From Candidatus Heimdallarchaeota archaeon (GTDB lineage Archaea > Asgardarchaeota > Heimdallarchaeia > JABLTI01), in NCBI GenBank assembly GCA_030614005.1, contig JAUWKS010000017.1, positions 1 through 32,000 of the forward strand: a stretch of 32,000 nucleotides of DNA. Reading direction: 5' to 3'. Shown here one piece after another: positions 17,531-25,114 of the stretch. The notes under the pieces are model-generated. The model saw only the letters and a program-made list of their open reading frames with translations. It had not been told where the DNA came from and did not search any database. Both the position numbers and the translations under genes were made by a program. The first letter of the stretch is position 1. Each line of letters opens with the position of its first letter.

Positions 17531-17795
17531 CTTTAATCACCAATTGATGTAACTTTCAATAAAATGCATTTTACAATCTTTATGCATCGTTATTGTTCTA
17601 ATAATTATTTTGTTTTATAGCTTTTATACCTTTAGAATCTTAATTTTTAATCATTGAGCGCAGGAAAGAGCAAACATAATTACTTATTTTTTTTTACTCT
17701 ACCTATTTTTTATCCTAAATAATCGATTTATTACTTCTAAAAAAAGATAGAATGAGTAGAAAATTTTTAAATAGTATTAATTTAAGGTGCTTTGT

Positions 17796-17895
17796 AGCGT
17801 CTATCTTGTTGTATGACGTTAATATCACCTTGAAAAAATAAAGGTGATAAAAAAATATCCAATCCCTCGAGTAACAATATTGAGGTCAATTCAAA
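17796..17895 (+). promoter_or_regulatory. Putative structured 5' leader of gdhA (three hairpins, the last pairing the SD)
   Basis: TATA-like TTTAAATA at 17766-17773; AGCGTC/GACGTT (17796-17820); TATCACCTT/AAGGTGATA (17823-17849); CCTCGA/TTGAGG (17865-17885) covering the GAGG SD. Confidence 0.4.
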
Positions 17896-19263
17896 ATGGG
17901 TAAAATTACAGATCCAATCTACGAGCAAGTGGTTAAGCGAAATGCTCACGAACCAGAATTCCATCAAGCAGTGAAGGAAGTTCTTGATTCAATTGAGCCA
18001 GCTCTAGAACAACACCCAGAATTTGTTGAAGCAAGAATTGTCGAGAGACTAGTAGAACCTGAAAGAATAATTACTTTCAGAGTTCCATGGGTCGATGACA
18101 AAGGTGTTGTCCAAGTAAACAGAGGGTTCAGAATCCAATTTAATGGTGCAATAGGACCTTACAAAGGTGGAATGAGATTCCATCCATCCGTATATGACGG
18201 AATTCTAAAGTTCTTAGCTTTTGAACAAATTTTCAAAAACGCACTTACCGGTTTGCCTATGGGCGGTGGTAAAGGTGGTTCTGATTTCGATCCAAAAGGT
18301 AAATCAGATGGAGAAGTTATGCGCTTCTGTCAATCACTTATGCGAGAACTTTACAGACACATTGATGCTGACTTAGACGTTCCAGCCGGTGATATCGGTG
18401 TAGGTGGACGAGAAATAGGATATATGTTTGGTGCTTACAGAAAAATCAAAAACGTTTTCCATGGTGTTTTAACAGGCAAAGCCCCAGAATATGGGGGCTC
18501 TCTTGGCAGACCAGAAGCTACAGGTTATGGTGCCACATGGTTTGCAGAAAGTATGCTCAAATACAGAGGAGTAAAAGACGGCCTTAAAGGTAAGACTGTC
18601 GCCATTTCGGGTTCTGGGAATGTTGCACAATTTGCTACAGAAAAAGTAACCCAGTTAGGTGGTAAAGTAATTACTCTTTCTGATTCCACAGGTTTCATTG
18701 TTGATAACGATGGTATTGACAAGAAGAAATTGGAATTCGTTATGCACTTGAAGAATGTCAAACGAGGTAGAATTAAAGAATACGCAGACAAATACAAAGT
18801 TGACTATTATGTCTATAACGAACACAAAGACATCAAGAGTCCTTGGTATGTCCCAGGTATCGAAGTTGCACTTCCAAGCGCAACCCAGAACGAAGTTGAT
18901 TTAGGTGAAGCTAAAGCACTCTTAAAAAGTGGATGCTTAGCAGTGAGCGAAGGTGCAAACATGCCTTGTGTTGCTGAAGCAGTAGACTTGTTCATTGAGA
19001 AAGGAGTCTCCTTCGGTCCAGGTAAAGCAGCAAACGCTGGTGGTGTCGCTACTTCCGGTCTAGAAATGTCCCAAAATAGTTTGAGATATTCATGGACAAA
19101 AGACGAAGTATTAACCAGGCTTCACAAAATAATGGATAATATCCATGAAACTTGTGTAACAACAGCAGAAAAATATGGTAGCCCAGGAAACTATGTTATC
19201 GGAGCCAATATCGGTGGCTTCATGAAAGTTGCCAAAGCTATGCTCGCACAAGGTGTTATTTAA
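17896..19263 (+). CDS. gdhA: NADP-specific glutamate dehydrogenase
   Basis: GPYKGGMRFHPSV, KFLAFEQIFKNALTGLPMGGGKGGSDFDPKGKSD, DVPAGDIGVGGREIG, GSGNVAQ, KAANAGGVATSGLEMSQN. Confidence 0.97.
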   Translation: MGKITDPIYEQVVKRNAHEPEFHQAVKEVLDSIEPALEQHPEFVEARIVERLVEPERIITFRVPWVDDKGVVQVNRGFRIQFNGAIGPYKGGMRFHPSVYDGILKFLAFEQIFKNALTGLPMGGGKGGSDFDPKGKSDGEVMRFCQSLMRELYRHIDADLDVPAGDIGVGGREIGYMFGAYRKIKNVFHGVLTGKAPEYGGSLGRPEATGYGATWFAESMLKYRGVKDGLKGKTVAISGSGNVAQFATEKVTQLGGKVITLSDSTGFIVDNDGIDKKKLEFVMHLKNVKRGRIKEYADKYKVDYYVYNEHKDIKSPWYVPGIEVALPSATQNEVDLGEAKALLKSGCLAVSEGANMPCVAEAVDLFIEKGVSFGPGKAANAGGVATSGLEMSQNSLRYSWTKDEVLTRLHKIMDNIHETCVTTAEKYGSPGNYVIGANIGGFMKVAKAMLAQGVI

Positions 19264-19277
19264 TTCGATTTACTTTT

Positions 19278-19310
19278 AGAGGGCTTTTATGCCCTTTTAT
19301 TATCTTTTTC
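19278..19310 (+). terminator. Hairpin and U-rich tract after gdhA
   Basis: AGAGGGC-TTTTAT-GCCCTTT followed by TATTATCTTTTTC. Confidence 0.6.
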
Positions 19311-19434
19311 TTCAAATTTTCATCTACAGAATTCTGATAAATAAGCGGTTCGTTTTTATCTTGTATAATGTGCTATTGTTACAAGAATTGCTATTATTTA
19401 ACCAAGTGAAAATGTAACCATCAAGGTGTATTAG

Positions 19435-20166
19435 ATGCATGATAATATAATTGTTCAAACTTCCGATCTTAAGCGAGTCTTTGAATTTGGTGAATCTGAA
19501 ATATTTGCTTTAAACGGTGTAAAGATGGATGTAAAACGAGGTGAATTTGTTGTTGTACTAGGTCCTTCGGGTGCGGGGAAAACAACATTACTCAATATGA
19601 TAGGTGGTATTGACCAACCAACAGAGGGACAAGTTATTGTTGATGGTGAAGTTATTTCTGATTATTCATTAAGTGATTTGAATGCCTATCGACGCAAGGA
19701 TGTTGGTTGGGTTTTTCAATTCTTCAATATTGTAGCTAGCTTACGTGCTTGGGAAAATGTTGGTTTAGCTTTGGAATTTTCTGGTGGTTATACAAGAGCT
19801 GAGATTAAGGAAAAATCACTCGAGATTCTTAAACACGTTGGTTTGGAAGGAAAAGAAGATAGATTCCCAAGTCAGTTATCTGGTGGAGAACAGCAGAGAG
19901 TAGCAATCGCTCGAGCATTGATTAAAAAACCAAAAATAATTGTTGCGGATGAACCTACAGGTAATCTTGATTTTGTTACAGGGCAACAAATCGCTGAACT
20001 AATGAGGGATCTTAATGTTCAAGAAAAAACGACTTTCATTGTAGTTTCACATGACTTGAGCATCACACAGTTTGCTGACAGAGTTTTTCATTTACGAATG
20101 GGTAAAATCGAACAAATCGAAGAGCAGCCTCAAAGTAATTTTACCAAGAAAGTGCCAGGAGTTTAG
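19435..20166 (+). CDS. ABC transporter ATP-binding subunit (LolD/MacB type)
   Basis: Walker [24 protein letters not shown], Walker [14 protein letters not shown]-loop VSHD. Confidence 0.95.
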   Translation: MHDNIIVQTSDLKRVFEFGESEIFALNGVKMDVKRGEFVVVLGPSGAGKTTLLNMIGGIDQPTEGQVIVDGEVISDYSLSDLNAYRRKDVGWVFQFFNIVASLRAWENVGLALEFSGGYTRAEIKEKSLEILKHVGLEGKEDRFPSQLSGGEQQRVAIARALIKKPKIIVADEPTGNLDFVTGQQIAELMRDLNVQEKTTFIVVSHDLSITQFADRVFHLRMGKIEQIEEQPQSNFTKKVPGV

Positions 20167-20173
20167 AAAGTCT

Positions 20174-22657
20174 ATGAGTATAATGTTTAAGAAAATTTTC
20201 AGAGAAATTTGGCTTAATAAATTCCGTTCGTTATCTATAATTGCTATAGTTGCAATAACCATTGGTATGGTTTCAGGGATGTTAGCTGCTGAACCCATGT
20301 TTTATGATACTTATCAGTTAAATCTAGATGTATCCAACACTGCAGATGGTAGATTTACTTTCACACAGCCTGTGGCTCAAACCAATGTTACTATAATCAA
20401 GAACAATACCACTTTTTTGAACGATAACAATATTGATCGAATCGAAGGTAGAATAATTTTTAACACTGAGCTTAAATTTGAGGAGGAAAAGTTTTCTGCT
20501 ATCGTTATTGGAATCGATTATCCAAATGAGGTTAATCAACTTACTATTGAGCAACGTTCTGCAAGTATTACCTCAGATTCCGACTTATTAGTAGGAAATA
20601 ATAGTTGTTTAATTGAAACTCATTTTGCAGGGAGTATACCCATTTTAGGGCAGGATATAGAAGTAGATGATCTAGTTGAAGTTAATCTTGGGGGCAGCTG
20701 GTTTTCATTTAATGCTACAGGCATTGCTCAAGATACTGATTATATTTATTGCGTTGACCCCACAACTAATATGCCTCTTCTAGGTGAGTTGGCGATTATT
20801 TGGGTTAACATTAACACAATTCAAGACATTCTCTTCTATGGTCAAAATGTTGTTAATCAGGTCTTATACACTGTCGATGAGCGGTTTGATAAGGAGATGA
20901 TATTAGCTGCTGCAGATTCATTAACAAATTATTTTTCGCAAAATAATATTGATGTTAATACATTGAAATTCGAATTGTTTGATGAAACAATCGAATACAA
21001 AATGTTTGAAAGTGATGCCGGTGCTGTTGATAAATTTGGCGTAGTTTTTGGTCTTATCTGTATCATTGTTTGCGCAATTATCATCATAAACACTTTAACT
21101 AAATTGGTAAATTCACAAAGAAAGAACATTGGTTTATTCTTATCAATGGGAGCTAAAAAAGGTAGGATTCTTTTTCATTACATAAACATTGCATTACTGT
21201 TGTCAATTTTTGGTATGTTAATCGGAATTCCGCTTGGCTACGGCCTTAGCATTGGTATGACTAAAATGGTTACTACGTTTTACGGCATTCATCTACAAGC
21301 ACTTTCGATTGATGTTATACCATATATCATAACATCTGCGATAACTTTAGGTATTTGTTTTGGTGCAGCTTTACTAAGTGCTTGGTCTATCACCAGCGTT
21401 ACTCCACGTGAAGCTATGTCCGCTACTTTTACTAGAATAAAGACAACAGGCAAGTCCATAATTGAAAAAATATTTGGTTGGATTCCACTTTTCAAACCAA
21501 TTCATATGTTAGTTCCTTTACGTGAAGTGTTTATGAATAAAAAGAAAACATTGATCACAATTCTTGCCCTAACAACTTCTATGATTTTCTTAGTTAATTC
21601 TATAGCTTTGGAATGGAATATGTATGATATTATGGTGAATAATTTCCAGGAATACAATACCTACGATGTTCAATTAAAACTTGAGGCACCTGTTCCCATC
21701 GCAGCAGTAAATGCTTTTATGGCTAATGAAAGTAATCCTACTATTGGGCAGATCACTGCATCAGAAACTTTTGTTGACCTTTATACAAAGATCAATTATC
21801 AAGATGAATTTGTTAGTTGGGCTCAGATTACTTGTTTTCAAGAAAATTCTACTATGCGTCATTTCAACGTGATTAAAGGTGATGCTATAGATAAATCCCA
21901 GCTTGATGAATCAACTGTTCTGCTAGGGAAAGCATTTGCATCCGAATACGATATTTCAATCGGAGACGAAATAACAATTGGTTTGATTGGAAATCAAACA
22001 GTCAAAGTTGGTGGAATAGTTGGTGAATTAATAGATTTTACTGTTTTTTGGACTTTGGAATCATTTTATGACAGTGAAGCAAACCTTGTATTTGGTTTAC
22101 CAGAGGGATTTGTTAATGGTATTTCAATTCAGGTTGAATCAGATGCAAATCTAATTGCATTACGTAATGAATTTGAGGAAAAGTTCTCCGTAAACGCTTG
22201 GATTGAAGCTGATGTTGCATTGAACTCTGTGTTGGCTATGATGCAATCAATGTTGAGCATTATGCTAATATTTCTTGTAATTGGTTTACTTACTGGTGTC
22301 GCTTTCAGTTTTCAAGCCATGTATATCTCTTTTGTTGATAGACAGCAAGACTTTCTAGCTTTCAAAGCGATGGGCACAAAGATGAAATATTTGCGACGTA
22401 TGATTTTCTGGGAGAATGCCATACTTAGTATCTTTGGTTTAATACTCACAGTGCCATTAGGTTATCTTTCATATATTTGGTCTCTAGATTATATGCTTGA
22501 AGGAAGTTTCTACGTTCCGAAAACAATTCCTTGGTTTACTTGGCCTATAGTACTTGTTTTATCCTTACTCGCTTTGTGGTTAGCAACTGCAAGACTTGTC
22601 CGTCGAATTAAAAAACTTGATTTGGCAAGTGAACTTCGTCAAACAGGAGCAACATAG
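20174..22657 (+). CDS. ABC transporter permease with two FtsX/MacB repeats (about 827 aa)
   Basis: FKKIFREIWLNKFRS, QRKNIGLFLSMGA and RQQDFLAFKAMG FtsX motifs; two large extracellular domains. ATG at 20174 is preferred over the overlapping ORF-track start. Confidence 0.9.
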   Translation: MSIMFKKIFREIWLNKFRSLSIIAIVAITIGMVSGMLAAEPMFYDTYQLNLDVSNTADGRFTFTQPVAQTNVTIIKNNTTFLNDNNIDRIEGRIIFNTELKFEEEKFSAIVIGIDYPNEVNQLTIEQRSASITSDSDLLVGNNSCLIETHFAGSIPILGQDIEVDDLVEVNLGGSWFSFNATGIAQDTDYIYCVDPTTNMPLLGELAIIWVNINTIQDILFYGQNVVNQVLYTVDERFDKEMILAAADSLTNYFSQNNIDVNTLKFELFDETIEYKMFESDAGAVDKFGVVFGLICIIVCAIIIINTLTKLVNSQRKNIGLFLSMGAKKGRILFHYINIALLLSIFGMLIGIPLGYGLSIGMTKMVTTFYGIHLQALSIDVIPYIITSAITLGICFGAALLSAWSITSVTPREAMSATFTRIKTTGKSIIEKIFGWIPLFKPIHMLVPLREVFMNKKKTLITILALTTSMIFLVNSIALEWNMYDIMVNNFQEYNTYDVQLKLEAPVPIAAVNAFMANESNPTIGQITASETFVDLYTKINYQDEFVSWAQITCFQENSTMRHFNVIKGDAIDKSQLDESTVLLGKAFASEYDISIGDEITIGLIGNQTVKVGGIVGELIDFTVFWTLESFYDSEANLVFGLPEGFVNGISIQVESDANLIALRNEFEEKFSVNAWIEADVALNSVLAMMQSMLSIMLIFLVIGLLTGVAFSFQAMYISFVDRQQDFLAFKAMGTKMKYLRRMIFWENAILSIFGLILTVPLGYLSYIWSLDYMLEGSFYVPKTIPWFTWPIVLVLSLLALWLATARLVRRIKKLDLASELRQTGAT

Positions 22658-22658
22658 G

Positions 22659-22674
22659 CATACTAATTAGTATG
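22659..22674. promoter_or_regulatory. Perfect 16-bp palindrome CATACTAATTAGTATG upstream of the Stn/Nso-like operon
   Basis: Exact self-reverse-complement with no loop; 186 nt upstream of the NuoE-like ATG. Confidence 0.35.
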
Positions 22675-22859
22675 ATCTAAAATGAAGATTTTTTTCCTCA
22701 CTTTTTTCTATTTGTTAGATTCAATGGACTTTTTATTGGATTATTTGTTTCCTAATAGCTGTTTTAGAATTCTTGTTTGGTAAAAATTACTTTCCAACTA
22801 AAATGGTATACCAATCAAAAATCTTAAAGAGGAGAGGGATTAAAATTTCGGCGATTCAA

Positions 22860-23330
22860 ATGGTAATAGAAAAAAAGGACTTGGATTTCTTCAAAGAATA
22901 CACAACTGAGAGTAGTTCCATTATCCCTTTACTGCAACAAATTCAAGATAAATTTGGTTATTTGCCTAGTGAAACTTTAGGTGAACTAGCCGATTATTTG
23001 GATGTTCCTTTGAGTAGAATTTATGGAGTAGCGACATTCTATTCCCAATTCAATTTTACTCCTCTTGGAAAATATGTAGTAAAGGTTTGTCATGGTACTG
23101 CTTGTCATGTCAATGGTGCGGTTGATATCGCAGATGAATTGATAGACATTTTTGGTATCAAAGAAGAAGAAACTACTTCGGATGGTTTAATCACACTTCA
23201 ATCTGTTGCTTGTTTAGGTTGTTGTAGCCTGGCACCTGTTGTTAGTGTGAATGATAAGGTTTACGGAAATTTGACGCGAGCAGATGTTCGACGTATAGCT
23301 AAAAAAATAGTTAAGGATGAATTTGAATGA
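22860..23330 (+). CDS. NuoE/HydC-like [2Fe-2S] subunit (StnA/Nso small-subunit-like)
   Basis: IPLLQQIQDKFGYLP, YGVATFYSQF, VCHGTACHVNG, ACLGCCSLAPV. ATG at 22860 is preferred. Confidence 0.92.
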   Translation: MVIEKKDLDFFKEYTTESSSIIPLLQQIQDKFGYLPSETLGELADYLDVPLSRIYGVATFYSQFNFTPLGKYVVKVCHGTACHVNGAVDIADELIDIFGIKEEETTSDGLITLQSVACLGCCSLAPVVSVNDKVYGNLTRADVRRIAKKIVKDEFE

Positions 23331-25107
23331 TCAAGAGAATTTGTGTTGGAATGAATTCTTGTGGTATTGCAGCAGGTGCTGAAGAGATAAAAGAATTCAT
23401 TGAGACTGAGTTTAAAGAACAGAACATTGAGCTAGAGATTAAAAATGTCGGTTGTACCGGTATGTGCTATCGTGAACCTTTAGTAGATATTGTTACAGAA
23501 GATATGATCTACACTTACGGTGATTAACAACCAAAAAGATGAAACAAATCATCGATAAGCATGTCGTCAAAGGAGAAATTGTTGAAGAGTTTCTCGTTAA
23601 AAAAGACGAATTTAAGTCCAAACCAGTTACCGTTTGGGATGTTGACAACTTTTTCTCGAAACAAGTCAAGATTATTTTAGAAAATTCAGGTTATATTGAC
23701 CCTGAGAAAATTGAAGAATACCTTGAAGTCGATGGTTACAAAGCGCTTGAAAAAGCTCTAAACATGACTGCTGAAGAAATTATTGATGTCCTTTCTAAAT
23801 CGGGTTTGCGTGGTAGAGGTGGTGCTGGTTTTCCAACCGCATTAAAATGGAAATTTACCAGACAAGCACAAGGTGCCCCTAAATATATTGTCTGCAATGC
23901 AGACGAAGGAGATCCCGGTGCTTTTATGAACAGAAATGTTTTGGAAGGGGACCCACACAAGGTTCTTGAAGGGATGATCATTGGCGCATATGTAATTGGC
24001 GCTCATCATGGTTTCATTTATTGCCGAGCTGAATATCCTCTTGCAATTAAGAGATTAGATATTGCAATCAAACAAGCACGAGAAAAAGGCTTCCTTGGTA
24101 AAGACATTCTTGGTTCTGGTTTTGATTTCGATATATCTATTATGGAAGGAGCAGGTGCTTTTGTCTGTGGAGAAGAAACGGCATTACTCGGTTCTCTTGA
24201 AGGCAAACGAGGTATGCCAAACCTTCGACCTCCCTATCCCTCAACAAAGGGTTACAAAGGTAAACCAACTAATATCAATAATGTAGAAACTTGGGCCAAT
24301 GTTCCTTGGATTTTACTAAATGGTTGGCAGAAATATATTACCATGGGATCTGAGAAGAGCAAAGGAACAAAAGTTTTCGCTTTAGCTGGAAAGATTAAGC
24401 GTGGTGGAAACGTAGAAGTTCCAATGGGTATGACCATCAAAGAAATCCTCATAGATATTGGTGGAGGAACAAAATCCGGCAAACCACTTAAAGCAGTGCA
24501 AATGGGTGGTCCTTCTGGCGGCTGTATTCCACTAGCTCTATTCGATACACCAGTTGATTATGAATCCATTAATGCTACCGGTGCTATTATGGGCAGTGGT
24601 GGAATGGTTGTAATGGACGAAGATTCCTGTATGATCGATATTGCGAAGTTCTTTTTAGATTTCACTGTTTTAGAATCGTGTGGTAAATGTGTCTACTGTC
24701 GACTTGGTACCAAAAGATTGTGGGAAATTCTTGATAGAATCTCAAAAGGAGAAGGTAAAATAGAAGACATTGACAAATTACTTGATTTATCTCCTAAAGT
24801 TAAAACAGGTTCTCTCTGTGGTTTGGGTCAAACAGCTCCAAATCCAGTTCTAACGACTATTCGATATTTCAGAGCTGAATATGAAGCACATATCAATAAC
24901 AAAAAATGTTCTGCCAAAGTTTGCAAACCATTGCTCACTTATACAATAAATGATGCTTGTACTGGTTGTCGCGCTTGTGCTAGAAAATGCCCAACAGATG
25001 CCATTACAGGAGACAAGAAAGGCATTCATGTTATTGATCAAGATAAATGCATTCAATGTGGTGCATGCTATCTAGCTTGTCGTTTTGAAGCAATAGATGT
25101 GGAGTGA
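23327..25107 (+). CDS. NuoF/HydB-like FMN/NADH subunit (StnB-like), split by a 1-nt frameshift at about 23522-23527 (593 aa if joined)
   Basis: N-terminal Trx-like [2Fe-2S] cysteines; SGLRGRGGAGFP, CNADEGDPGAFM, GAGAFVCGEET, GGPSGGC, ESCGKCVYCR, SLCGLG; C-terminal 2x[4Fe-4S]. GGT GAT TAA + CAA...; adding one T gives GDLTTKKMKQII in frame with 23539. Confidence 0.9.
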
Positions 25108-25114
25108 ACAGCAA

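Noticed and set aside
16113-17777. ATACTA half-sites of the 22659 palindrome upstream of npdG (16113) and gdhA (17772)
   Set aside because: Six- to eight-mers this AT-rich are expected by chance in these intergenic regions.
23515-23540. Programmed -1 ribosomal frameshift
   Set aside because: There is no slippery heptamer or evident downstream stimulatory structure; it is kept only as an indel.
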